Shown: piece after piece, positions 16,867 through 25,987 of the stretch
Layout of the letters: each line of letters starts with the position of its first letter
How positions within the stretch are numbered: position 1 is the stretch's first letter
DNA from: a virus
Lineage: Duplodnaviria; Caudoviricetes
DNA: 50,310 nt
IMG/VR virus record: IMGVR_UViG_3300024331_000001
Location: 1-50,310 of that record
Direction: 5' to 3' (one strand)
Notes under the pieces: generated by a model
What the model saw: only the letters and a program-made list of their open reading frames with translations
What the model was told of the DNA's origin: nothing
Database searches by the model: none
Program-made: the position numbers and the translations under genes

Positions 16867-17972
16867 TTTATCAACCCTTCCTGCCTAGCCAACCCACAAC
16901 ATATCACAAAGTCCAATCCTGAGTGCCAAATATAGGCTTCAGTCACCCCGTCCCATTCCTTGTAGCTAAACATATTGCGCTGCCACATGAATTCCTGCGA
17001 TCCGCGGTTTTCCATGGGTAGCGTTTCTTTTGCCCGTACGTGACCGCCCCAGTTGACGGTTTCTATTGGGCCAGGATCGGGCGGTTGAACTACGCCTCTC
17101 GTTCTATTTTGGTAGGTAAACGTGTGCAGCATCGAAAGATTGACCTCATGCGGTCCGAGAGCAGGCGCACAAAGCACCTCAACCCAGGCATTGTTGGACT
17201 TTCGCATGATACGATGAATGCGTCGAAGCCCTTTCGCATAAATTTCTTGTCCTGTCACTTTATAGAGAATATGCAGATGAATGGCGGCCCGATGAGTATC
17301 GTAATCGGTATCCCACCACAATAGTTTCACTTTTGGGTAAGCAAGAAGGAGCTTATACTTAGCAAAAAGCTCGAAATATGGCGCGTCTAATGCCGGATCG
17401 TTCAGCCTTCCTACCGCGAGAATGGCTAAAAGCAGCGTAATCCTCAACGGGTCTGCTTTCCAACCCTGTTCTAGCGCTCCAAATTCTGTGGGCGTGCCTT
17501 TAAGATCAGTCAACGCGTAACCAGAAGCACAAATTTGCCTCGCCCAACGTGCCGCCAGGTCTGTCTGTTTACTAGCCCAAAGGCCAAAGATAACGCCCGT
17601 AGCAGCATCGTTTGACGCTGTGTCGTTTATTGTTCCATCGGCCTGTATTCCGCGTATGAGGATATTGTTGATGAATAACCTCTCGAGCTGAGCTTCAGCG
17701 GCAGCGGTATCCGCGTATCTGAAGGCTAGCATAGCCAGATAAAGACCCTGGAAAAGAGCAAAATCACCAGAGTCTTTTGGCATAGGAAGCTGGTACATGA
17801 ACTGGCCATCTACGACGTGAGTAGTCTGCAGATGCCAAAATAGCTGGGTTTCAAGATTGACAAGATCAGCAGTTACAATCGGAAGCTGAGCCTGTTTGAA
17901 AGGATCATAACACTTGTTGACTAAATCGCACAGCCAAATGGCTGCTACCTTGATAACGTTAATGAACCACAT
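16863..17972 (-). CDS. Hypothetical helical protein (about 369 aa)
   Basis: Long ORF; ATG 17972 with GGAGG RBS; Trp/Asp/His-rich; family not recognised. Confidence 0.75.
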   Translation of the reverse strand: MWFINVIKVAAIWLCDLVNKCYDPFKQAQLPIVTADLVNLETQLFWHLQTTHVVDGQFMYQLPMPKDSGDFALFQGLYLAMLAFRYADTAAAEAQLERLFINNILIRGIQADGTINDTASNDAATGVIFGLWASKQTDLAARWARQICASGYALTDLKGTPTEFGALEQGWKADPLRITLLLAILAVGRLNDPALDAPYFELFAKYKLLLAYPKVKLLWWDTDYDTHRAAIHLHILYKVTGQEIYAKGLRRIHRIMRKSNNAWVEVLCAPALGPHEVNLSMLHTFTYQNRTRGVVQPPDPGPIETVNWGGHVRAKETLPMENRGSQEFMWQRNMFSYKEWDGVTEAYIWHSGLDFVICCGLARQEGLIK

Positions 17973-18150
17973 GTTTGTCCTCCCCGCAATCGGCCAGCCC
18001 AAAACGATACATGCTCTGAAGAGTCAGTTCAAACTGCTTACTGCGCTTATATCGGGCCACCCCGTCTTCCGCGCCTTTCTGATAGACGTACCAAAACAGT
18101 GGAAACAGGATGGTCGCTGTTAAAAGTGCTGCTACGATATATCGTTTCAT
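17959..18150 (-). CDS. Small N-terminally membrane-anchored protein
   Basis: 63 aa, MKRYIVAALLTATILFPLFWY. Confidence 0.6.
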   Translation of the reverse strand: MKRYIVAALLTATILFPLFWYVYQKGAEDGVARYKRSKQFELTLQSMYRFGLADCGEDKHVVH

Positions 18151-18298
18151 TCGTCTTCTCCCTGATCGCCTAGTATCATTGCTACGAGTCCGAAGCCGAT
18201 AACAAGCCCTCCTATAAAAGCTACTGTCAAAAACGCACAGTGAACGGCCATCTCTGCGACTTGTAAAAGCACCGTCGTGTCAATTTGAGTTATTTCCA
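18147..18298 (-). CDS. Small membrane protein
   Basis: MEITQIDT start with GAGGAG RBS; hydrophobic AFLTVAFIGGLVIGFGLVAMIL. Confidence 0.55.
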
Positions 18299-19033
18299 TA
18301 GGCTCCTCGTGTCTGAGAAGATAGTGTATAGCATCAAAGTCGTCAAAAGAATGGCTCCTATCATGTTCCAAGTCGCGTAAGTTTGGGGCTTGAACTTTTT
18401 TCCGCGGATTCCTTCGATTGCGTAAAGAAATACGTGACCACCGTCAAGCGCTGGAATGGGGAATAAATTGAAAAGCCCCAGGCTCAACGAAATGATCGAT
18501 AGAACAGACCCAAATCGAACGAATCCTTCTTTAAACGAATCGGCTAGAATCTTAACGATCATCACAGGGCCAGAAACAGCCGCATCTGGTACCGTAGACT
18601 GACCTCCAAGGAATTTAAGAGATTCTACGATAACCGCCCGGCATAATTCCCACGCCTTGGCAGCCCCGGCCAAAACCGGCCAATGTCGTCCGAAAATCAA
18701 GAGACCCAGCATGATGAGATAGCCTAAAAGAAGGCTAGCGACCGGTCCAGCCAGAGCAACCAACGATCGTTTCCACCAAACCAATGAGAAAAACCCACGC
18801 TTGACCTTGGACATTGGGTCTTCGCCATCACACTGAACAAATCCACCTAGTGGCAGCAGTCGAAGCTCATAGGAGGTATCCCCGATGGTTTTCTTGAGCA
18901 GAACAGGTCCAAACCCGATGGCGAACTTGTTAACCTTTACCCCGAATAGCTTAGAAACCAGCATGTGGGACGCTTCGTGAAATCCAATGAGTGCTCCAAA
19001 ACCTAACATAATTGCTAGAGCAGCTAGAATCAT
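18290..19033 (-). CDS. Site-2 protease (M50/RseP-like intramembrane zinc metalloprotease), no PDZ domain
   Basis: HEASH zinc motif, FAIGFGP and LRLLPLGGFV loops, AGP, NLFPIPALDGG. Confidence 0.92.
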   Translation of the reverse strand: MILAALAIMLGFGALIGFHEASHMLVSKLFGVKVNKFAIGFGPVLLKKTIGDTSYELRLLPLGGFVQCDGEDPMSKVKRGFFSLVWWKRSLVALAGPVASLLLGYLIMLGLLIFGRHWPVLAGAAKAWELCRAVIVESLKFLGGQSTVPDAAVSGPVMIVKILADSFKEGFVRFGSVLSIISLSLGLFNLFPIPALDGGHVFLYAIEGIRGKKFKPQTYATWNMIGAILLTTLMLYTIFSDTRSLWK

Positions 19034-19210
19034 TTTATCTCCTTTAAGACTTCTACAGGCGCTGGCGTTACCACTGTCTGCGCTGCTTCAGCTTTCTGTT
19101 TCGCTCTCGCGGCCTTCTTCCTCGCAACTTCGCGTTTTATATCTGTGTCTGAACGTCCCCAGTAATACTCTCGCGTTAGAATGTAGGCGATATAGGCTTC
19201 TCTAGCCATT
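19030..19210 (-). CDS. Hypothetical basic protein
   Basis: MAREAYIAY...; coupled to the S2P gene; start approximate. Confidence 0.45.
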
Positions 19211-19222
19211 TGTGCCAATCCA

Positions 19223-19420
19223 TTATTTTTCCTCGGGCTGCGGCAGCAACATTCTAATTCCAGCCCGCACTCCTGTGATTTTGGCGTGCAAAGGACTGTA
19301 GAATACTTCATCAGCTGAGTGCAGGGTAGCATTCATTTTAGCCATGTGCTCGAAATACTTTTGGCAGTCTTCTAGTATAGCATCTATTTTCTGAAACTCT
19401 CTTTGAAGGTTTTTTGTCAT
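19223..19420 (-). CDS. Hypothetical protein
   Basis: 65 aa, ATGA overlap with the upstream gene. Confidence 0.6.
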   Translation of the reverse strand: MTKNLQREFQKIDAILEDCQKYFEHMAKMNATLHSADEVFYSPLHAKITGVRAGIRMLLPQPEEK

Positions 19421-19848
19421 TTAATAGTCACCCAATAGTCTGAATGTTTATAGCCTGGAATTACTCCTTCAAAAAGCTCGCCCCAGTCGGCAGAGCTTAC
19501 AATTTCATCACGAAGGTGCGGCCATTTTTCAACCGCTTTCTTATAGCGCCAGGCGTACGCTTTTTGTTGCAATTTTACTACAGCACGATTAAGCAGCCCA
19601 AATAAGAACGTGTTAGCAAGCCAGAAGTCCAGCCGCATCGGCCACCATTTGGGGTACCAGGCATAGTTAGGCCGCCAGATTGAGTATATCCCGTACCAAC
19701 CAAAACTACAGTAGACGCGAACGGTTCCAAACTTTTCTTTGATGCAGCTGACATTCACCCTGGGGTATTTTATAAGCCAACCCCCTATGAATTCAGCCGC
19801 ATCGTTAATTCCCTGCCAGTCTACGTTTTCGTCTCCCCAAGAGTGCAT
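19417..19848 (-). CDS. Hypothetical phage protein
   Basis: 143 aa, IKEKFGTVR motif, GGAG RBS. Confidence 0.7.
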   Translation of the reverse strand: MHSWGDENVDWQGINDAAEFIGGWLIKYPRVNVSCIKEKFGTVRVYCSFGWYGIYSIWRPNYAWYPKWWPMRLDFWLANTFLFGLLNRAVVKLQQKAYAWRYKKAVEKWPHLRDEIVSSADWGELFEGVIPGYKHSDYWVTIK

Positions 19849-19849
19849 A

Positions 19850-20572
19850 TTATTCTCCCGTTAACTCATATACGACGCTGGGCTTCTTCTTTGCGGCTTC
19901 AACCAGAAACTTCTGAAGTTTCTCTGTAGGTATCCCACCGGCTATGGCCGAACTTCCGTCTTCCCATCCCACGTCAGTCATGGCTACGATTTCACCCTTT
20001 GAATTAGCCCATGGTCCACCAGAGTTGCCTCCCCGGATCATTGCATCGCTTAAAACCCACCGATCGTGCTCACCGCTGATGATGCCGTAGCTTGCGAACC
20101 AGAGCATGTACCCGCGAATGTTCCCAACAGATACAATAGGTTCACCTAGAATCGCCGTTTTGGCAAAAACAGGCGCTCTATGGCCCGACACTGGAGTATT
20201 TAGCTCCAGAATGGCGATATCCTGCGGCTGGTTGATGAATTTCAGCTTTCCATGGACGACTTTATCTCCAGGATAGACGTAAATCCACAGCGTATCAGCC
20301 CTTTTGCTCTCAGGAATAACATGGGCACAAGTCATCACCGTGGTCGAACTGAGCAGGATACCGGTTCCCCGCCACCGGTCATTCATGCTCTCGTTCGAAA
20401 TAAGAACAGTGTATTCTTGCACCATTTTGACTGTATCGCTAGTGATTGGAGACGGGCCATAGCGAGCATCTGGTACCTTAGCTTTTGGCTTAGGCATGGA
20501 ATAGGTTAGCAACACTAGGGCCAAGGTGGCTCCAATGCTGATACCCATGACTGCGTATACAAGCTTTTTCAT
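19850..20572 (-). CDS. Membrane-anchored trypsin-like serine protease (HtrA/DegS-like), no PDZ domain
   Basis: N-terminal TM helix; catalytic triad motifs TCAHV, DIAIL, GNSGGP. Confidence 0.9.
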   Translation of the reverse strand: MKKLVYAVMGISIGATLALVLLTYSMPKPKAKVPDARYGPSPITSDTVKMVQEYTVLISNESMNDRWRGTGILLSSTTVMTCAHVIPESKRADTLWIYVYPGDKVVHGKLKFINQPQDIAILELNTPVSGHRAPVFAKTAILGEPIVSVGNIRGYMLWFASYGIISGEHDRWVLSDAMIRGGNSGGPWANSKGEIVAMTDVGWEDGSSAIAGGIPTEKLQKFLVEAAKKKPSVVYELTGE

Positions 20573-20796
20573 TTATCGTCTCCTTTGGGTGGTTTGATCT
20601 TTCCTTGCTTCAAGCCTTGATGGATTATATGTTCTACGCGTTCCTTATACTCTTCTACAATGATGTCTGCCTTACGGTACTCGGCTAGTAAACGCTTCAT
20701 GTCATCTTTGGTTTTGGGGTTCTTCGTCTTGGCCCATTCCATGAAGGCTATATACTGGTCGAGCGTTAGGACGTCTATACGCGTGAAGTTTTTCAC
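20569..20796 (-). CDS. Hypothetical protein
   Basis: Probable GTG start overlapping the upstream stop (VKNFTRID...). Confidence 0.5.
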   Translation of the reverse strand: MKNFTRIDVLTLDQYIAFMEWAKTKNPKTKDDMKRLLAEYRKADIIVEEYKERVEHIIHQGLKQGKIKPPKGDDK

Positions 20797-21512
20797 GGAC
20801 GAATCTCCACCCCGGTCTTCCGATAAGCCTTGTGAGACCAGCCTCCGCAGCCACCCTTTTCTTTGCGGCATTCATAGCGTTTGGATTTGTTGACAGCGCC
20901 ATAAATCCAACCACGTTGATTGAGGGTGCCTTTCTTTTCACAGAGAGGGCATTGGTCAGGCTCATTGTTGATGCTAGCCAGATTAGGATGCTTAAACCCA
21001 AAGACCCGCATTTTGAGATAGACTTCTGCGGTTAGTTTAACATCGTGAATATTGTGAGTAACAATCTTGCGGATGGCTTTCTCGTTGCCGCCACCAGCTA
21101 GAAGCCAGTCATTCATGTCTGTCTCAGTTTTCTTAACCTTACATCCCAGGAATTTACCAAGTCCTTCCAGTGAGTTTTTGACTCGCATCTTCTTGAATGA
21201 AACCTCACAGGTGTCGTAGTGCGGGATGTTAGGCAACGGAGCGTAACCCCAATGCAACAACCTACTGTTAAGCCATGGAATATCAAACCATTTCCCATTG
21301 TGAGTCACGATCATGTCGAATTCCAGAAGCTTTTTGCGAATAGCCAAGACGAGCTTCTTATCGTCTAATGGGTTAATCTTGATATTATCCCGAACAAGGA
21401 TATCTACCTTAGATTTACCCAGCTCCATGATACCCGAACAAATCATGAAGCCTTGATCGGCTTTAAATCTAAACGTGTGGCACTCGATATCCCAGATTCC
21501 AATTTTAGCCAT
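20793..21512 (-). CDS. RNase H-fold (DEDD) 3'-5' exonuclease with C-terminal zinc ribbon
   Basis: WDIE, HNGKWFD, HNIHDV motifs; CPLC...YEC. Confidence 0.8.
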   Translation of the reverse strand: MAKIGIWDIECHTFRFKADQGFMICSGIMELGKSKVDILVRDNIKINPLDDKKLVLAIRKKLLEFDMIVTHNGKWFDIPWLNSRLLHWGYAPLPNIPHYDTCEVSFKKMRVKNSLEGLGKFLGCKVKKTETDMNDWLLAGGGNEKAIRKIVTHNIHDVKLTAEVYLKMRVFGFKHPNLASINNEPDQCPLCEKKGTLNQRGWIYGAVNKSKRYECRKEKGGCGGWSHKAYRKTGVEIRP

Positions 21513-21679
21513 TAGTTGCGCTCCTTTTGACTTTCTTCCACCATAACTTCAGACAATACTCGTGCACCTATTACCATGTCCGTTAATATCTCTACACACT
21601 TCCAGAATCCTACCTGTATATACATCTGCCGCATTTCGAACTTCAGTTGAGCTATGTCTAATTCCGATCGTTTACTCAT
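21512..21679 (-). CDS. Hypothetical protein
   Basis: MSKRSELD start overlapping the Fic stop. Confidence 0.5.
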   Translation of the reverse strand: MSKRSELDIAQLKFEMRQMYIQVGFWKCVEILTDMVIGARVLSEVMVEESQKERN

Positions 21680-22152
21680 TGGAACCACCCATAGTACTCC
21701 CATCTGTCTAACCAAGTAATGTTTGCTGGAGGAAGCCCGATCTTATGGCGCTGCCAGTTCATCACCATACGCCCTACTCTTCCGTTTCCATCGGCGAAAG
21801 GATGGACACGCTCAAACTCTATGTGAGCTTGACGCACACTTTCTTCTGTGTCCGCCAGCGCCCACACGCTGAACCAGTTTAAGATTAACCCTGGCACTTG
21901 CTGCCAATTAGGACAAACTCTGCCTCCGACCCAGACGTCTACATTGCGCAAAGCACCGATCCACTCAGGATGATAATCTCCGTATATCTTGCGACCAGCC
22001 ATTATTTCACCGTGAAGCGCTAGGACATTTTTAAGAGTCAATGATCTACGTAGGAAGCGTCTGTAAGCTTTTGTACAGACTGCGTCGGCTTCCCGTTCAT
22101 TTACAGATTCTATGAGATTAGACTCTCGAATCCATTGTGGAACTTGTGTCAT
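21676..22152 (-). CDS. Fic-domain protein (AMPylase-like)
   Basis: Complete HPFADGNGRVGR signature. Confidence 0.9.
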   Translation of the reverse strand: MTQVPQWIRESNLIESVNEREADAVCTKAYRRFLRRSLTLKNVLALHGEIMAGRKIYGDYHPEWIGALRNVDVWVGGRVCPNWQQVPGLILNWFSVWALADTEESVRQAHIEFERVHPFADGNGRVGRMVMNWQRHKIGLPPANITWLDRWEYYGWFQ

Positions 22153-22418
22153 TTCTCCCACCACTTTTTACCCCAAGACGGAAACGCCCAAAAGCCCATA
22201 AACCAGACTTCGCATCCGCCTTTGTAGAACTCAAGGTATAGTACCATCAGCTTTCCAATGCGAAACTCAACGATGGGTGTTTCCTTGCTTCCACGCATAT
22301 CGTCGCGCCATCCATACTCCCAGCCACAGGCCCAATCATCCATACACGTAAGACTAATGTCTAACGTACCGTTTTTCTCGACTCGATAGAGCGTGAAAGG
22401 ACCAAGTTTGAAGATCAT
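22149..22418 (-). CDS. Hypothetical Trp-rich protein
   Basis: 89 aa, GGAGG RBS, coupled. Confidence 0.6.
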   Translation of the reverse strand: MIFKLGPFTLYRVEKNGTLDISLTCMDDWACGWEYGWRDDMRGSKETPIVEFRIGKLMVLYLEFYKGGCEVWFMGFWAFPSWGKKWWEK

Positions 22419-22672
22419 TTGACCTCCGTGGTATAGACATCTACTGGTATTTCCCCGCCCCGCTTTTTAGCTTCTTTCATGATGAGCTCTACTACTTCGA
22501 CCGGGCTGAACGTATCCAGCGTGGGGGTTGCGTCAATGATAACATGGAATAGTTGCATATTGCCTCCAATATCGCCCGTAGCATTACACTTAGGGCATGG
22601 TAGCGTCGCGGGATGGCCAGACGGGCTTCTCCCGTAAACGCCTTTATGACCGTTGCAGGTCGGGCACTTCAT
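22415..22672 (-). CDS. Protein with DnaJ-type CxxCxG zinc-finger motifs
   Basis: CPTCNG and CPKCNATG. Confidence 0.55.
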   Translation of the reverse strand: MKCPTCNGHKGVYGRSPSGHPATLPCPKCNATGDIGGNMQLFHVIIDATPTLDTFSPVEVVELIMKEAKKRGGEIPVDVYTTEVK

Positions 22673-22905
22673 TTGAACAACACGTAGGTCGAGTTTAGCG
22701 TTTCGATGACTGAAAAATCAGCAGACTTTGAGACTTTCTGCACCACCGACAAATTACAGCAGTCGAATGGCCTTCCGACTCTCCTAAACAAAAACCCCTG
22801 TCCCTTTTTAGGAGCGCGCATATACTCAATCGCGACAGGTGCCATACCAAATACAGGCGCGTTTCTAGACTTGATGAAAAGTAGTGTTCCTTTAGACAGT
22901 TGCAT
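22669..22905 (-). CDS. Hypothetical protein
   Basis: 78 aa, GGAGG RBS. Confidence 0.55.
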   Translation of the reverse strand: MQLSKGTLLFIKSRNAPVFGMAPVAIEYMRAPKKGQGFLFRRVGRPFDCCNLSVVQKVSKSADFSVIETLNSTYVLFK

Positions 22906-23191
22906 TGCGTTCTACCTCCAGGTATTTGAGCAATTTTAGGGCCGATTCCAACGTATGGCGCCCAACTATGAACTTGTTGCAGCGGTAGCAAAGAAGCCCA
23001 CGAACCTGGCCCGTCTTATGGTTGTGGTCTACTGATAACCGCATTTTAAACGATGATTCTGGCTTCTCACACACTCCACACTTCCCACCCTGCTTGACTG
23101 AGAGCTTTTCCCGCTCAGCTTCGGCCAGGGGCTCGGTCAAGTGAGGCCAATACTTCCGCATCCCGTACAACTTGATTTTCTTCTTACTCAT
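22892..23191 (-). CDS. Endonuclease VII-domain protein
   Basis: QGGKCGVC...LSVDHNHKTGQVRGLLCYRCN. Confidence 0.85.
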   Translation of the reverse strand: MSKKKIKLYGMRKYWPHLTEPLAEAEREKLSVKQGGKCGVCEKPESSFKMRLSVDHNHKTGQVRGLLCYRCNKFIVGRHTLESALKLLKYLEVERNATV

Positions 23192-23414
23192 TAGGATGAT
23201 CCATGCAAAACACAACGTATCGCTGCCAGGCCATTTCCATGCCAAGAGTGAACCTTGGCCCGCTATCATGCCGGCATCCAGGCAGCGTTATCACATATCT
23301 ACGACTAGCGTTTCGCATGGCTCGCCCAAACTCTTCGATGATAAGCTCCAGCTCAGCGTTCTCCCGCTGTTGCTTGAGCGTGCTACACTTTAGCAGCGTT
23401 CCAGTTTTTGCCAT
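23184..23414 (-). CDS. Hypothetical protein
   Basis: 76 aa, GGAGG RBS, fills the gap between pol and EndoVII. Confidence 0.5.
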   Translation of the reverse strand: MAKTGTLLKCSTLKQQRENAELELIIEEFGRAMRNASRRYVITLPGCRHDSGPRFTLGMEMAWQRYVVFCMDHPNE

Positions 23415-25245
23415 ATCCTACCTCCGCCTTTAATTTAATAGTTGGTAGCCATGAAGGCACCTGTTCCATTGCTGCTTTGAGGACTTGGACAGCTTCTTTT
23501 TCTTCGCCCTTACGGCAGATGGCTTTAACTTCATCGTGAATCTGTCCAACACACTCTAGGTGTCTATCTTCAGCGCGTTCTATCGCTTCACGGCAAAGCT
23601 CTCCCGCCAACGCTTGGCAGATGTTCTCGACCATCATTCCACCATAGATACCAACGGTTTCGATCTTCCCACTCTTGTCGAATGAATCATAGTGCCATCC
23701 TTCGCGGTGTTCCTGCGATTTTGGATCAAAATAGTCGCCATATTGCAGGTTAGGATAGTAGATAGACAACCCCGATGGCAAAATGAGCGTATTTTTACGC
23801 GCCTTTATGAAAGGAGCGAACCAGAGAACACTGATCTTACCTTCCGCGAGAAGCGGCAGAATGTTGTTCATGTTTTCCCACAGTTTGGGGATATTGAAAT
23901 AGGTCTCTCGGTACAGCTTGACCACGCGCTTTGCTTCTTCATCACTAATGTCTTTCCCTAGCACCGTTTTTACGCGGGTCTGAAACTTTTTCCAACCCAT
24001 GTTGTATCCCAGTCCTAAAATACCTTCTTTTCCGAAGAATCGCTCGTCAGGATTATCGTGTTTATTGATAGGTCTACCATAAATAACCGATGCAAAATCT
24101 GAATAAACGTCTACATCTTGCGCGAAGGCTGTCATCAATTTAGGTTCTTTTGCTATCCATGCAACCAGTCGCGCTTCAATCGCAGCGAAATCACCTACAA
24201 CTAAACTATGATCTTCAGGTGGTTCTACCGCCGTGCGTAGAAACGATTTTCTGGTAAAATTCTGTGGGTTGCCGCCTCCACCGCTGCCGCCCGAGTATCT
24301 ATGAGTCTGCGGAGCTCCTGAGAAACCAATGTCAAATGGGAACGCACCGGTTTTGGCAACCTCGAGAAGAGCCGTCCCACGCGTTTCCAGAAGGTTGGCT
24401 GTACTTGCGATTCTGGCCCTGTATAGTTCAGGATGGGAACTCTTGAGAGCGTCGAGTCCAGAATCCGTTTTCGCAAACGCAGGGATCGCCTTTCCTGTTC
24501 GAGGTGACATTTTTGTTCGTACTGGGATGCCCCGTTCCACCAGGTATTGTGCGAATTGTTTAGTCGAGCTAAGGACACTCTTTTCGACACCCGATGCCCT
24601 GATGATGTTTTCACGCCGAGCTTTCTCTTCCTCGACGCCTTTGGCAAGGACGAACTGGCTGAGGATGAGCTTTGGATCGACAAAACATTTGATCGTCCAG
24701 TCCATGGAGAAGAATTGGGACGCCGGAAATTGCGAGATAAGTTTTTCATAGATTCCTTTACAGATATCAGTATCTGTCTTACAATACTCTCCCAGATTAG
24801 CGAGCTGCTCGGAGGTAGGATTCCGAACACCGTCGCACGAAATATCGCCCTTCGGAGGCAACCCAAGGTATTCCGCCAGCCGTTTAAGTGAATAATTTGA
24901 TACGTTTCCGCCGAGTACAGCTTTCGCTAGCCCCACCGTGTCCATATAAGCATAAGGTCGAGGCATATTGAATATCCATCGTAGGATAGCGCCGTCAAAC
25001 CTGATATTATGGGCAACGAGTACTGTATTTGCCCAGTCAACTGAGTTCACCCAGGCTCGTACAACATGGTCTCCAGTAATCCAGTGAGTCTTCTCTTCGT
25101 CTGTGAACCGATAGGCCATACCGTGGGCATGGAAGCGCTCATCGCGGATATAACGCGCGACGTGCAGCCCTTTCGGCCGCTCTTTGGTCTTGAGACAATA
25201 GCCTTTCTTCGTATCGTAGAACGTTTCGAAGTCGACTACTACAAT
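23383..25245 (-). CDS. Family A DNA polymerase with 3'-5' exonuclease (start non-canonical or uncertain)
   Basis: ExoI VVVDFET upstream of the first ATG (25119), ExoII AHNIRFD, motif A GDFAAIEAR, motif B RFFGKEGILGLGY, motif C QIHDE. Confidence 0.92.
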   Translation of the reverse strand: MVVVDFETFYDTKKGYCLKTKERPKGLHVARYIRDERFHAHGMAYRFTDEEKTHWITGDHVVRAWVNSVDWANTVLVAHNIRFDGAILRWIFNMPRPYAYMDTVGLAKAVLGGNVSNYSLKRLAEYLGLPPKGDISCDGVRNPTSEQLANLGEYCKTDTDICKGIYEKLISQFPASQFFSMDWTIKCFVDPKLILSQFVLAKGVEEEKARRENIIRASGVEKSVLSSTKQFAQYLVERGIPVRTKMSPRTGKAIPAFAKTDSGLDALKSSHPELYRARIASTANLLETRGTALLEVAKTGAFPFDIGFSGAPQTHRYSGGSGGGGNPQNFTRKSFLRTAVEPPEDHSLVVGDFAAIEARLVAWIAKEPKLMTAFAQDVDVYSDFASVIYGRPINKHDNPDERFFGKEGILGLGYNMGWKKFQTRVKTVLGKDISDEEAKRVVKLYRETYFNIPKLWENMNNILPLLAEGKISVLWFAPFIKARKNTLILPSGLSIYYPNLQYGDYFDPKSQEHREGWHYDSFDKSGKIETVGIYGGMMVENICQALAGELCREAIERAEDRHLECVGQIHDEVKAICRKGEEKEAVQVLKAAMEQVPSWLPTIKLKAEVGYGKNWNAAKV

Positions 25246-25262
25246 GCGTTTACCTTCGTAGG

Positions 25263-25769
25263 TTAGAATAGTATATCACTTTCTGCTGCCAACTGCGCAG
25301 CAGCCTTTATCTTGTTTCGCACGTACTCAGCGCCGTTAAGGTTAAACACAATAGCCGCGAGATGATCTTCGTCGGTCTCCCCGCGGAGATACTTGACTAG
25401 ATGACGGCTGAAACTGGCGATGAATCGTTTTAATTCTGCCTCACCCTCGGCTTTGAGCCAATTATGCTCGCTATATTTTATAGCACCTTTCATCATGAGT
25501 ACGGTGTATCTGTCCACTATGGCTGAAAGACCACCATCTGTAACGCCAGCAAGCGCATGAACTATTCTAGCTGCTTCCCACAGTCCACCGTTTTCATACC
25601 AATCTTGGGCCGCTTTAATAACGCCGCTGAATTTGTCGCCCTTAAGTAATTCCCAAACTAAAGGCCCATCAAGCGCCAAATCGTACCGCATTTTGTCTTC
25701 CTGCGGTTCCCTTACCATTCCGCCTGCGAATTCCTGTCTCTGATTGTTATCTTTGAGGGTGTAGTCCAT
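25263..25769 (-). CDS. dATP/dGTP diphosphohydrolase-like (DUF5664-type) protein
   Basis: RQEFAGGMVRE...KMRYDL...GAIKYSEHNW...RHL...EDHLAAIVFN. Confidence 0.7.
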   Translation of the reverse strand: MDYTLKDNNQRQEFAGGMVREPQEDKMRYDLALDGPLVWELLKGDKFSGVIKAAQDWYENGGLWEAARIVHALAGVTDGGLSAIVDRYTVLMMKGAIKYSEHNWLKAEGEAELKRFIASFSRHLVKYLRGETDEDHLAAIVFNLNGAEYVRNKIKAAAQLAAESDILF

Positions 25770-25987
25770 GTTATCCTTTATAGATGAATTAGCCAAATGA
25801 TTAGGTCCGTTGTCCAGTCAATCCACCATTCTTTAAGTCTATTCATACTGTGAATGGTGCGTCGTCAGTTGTCTCAAAAACAGCACAGCGCTACACGCGT
25901 AACAAAAATACGTCCGTTGATTCAGCGTGCACAGCCATGTTAGCTTGCAGAATGGACAAATGACGTTTCTAACTGTAGGCGGCGTCA

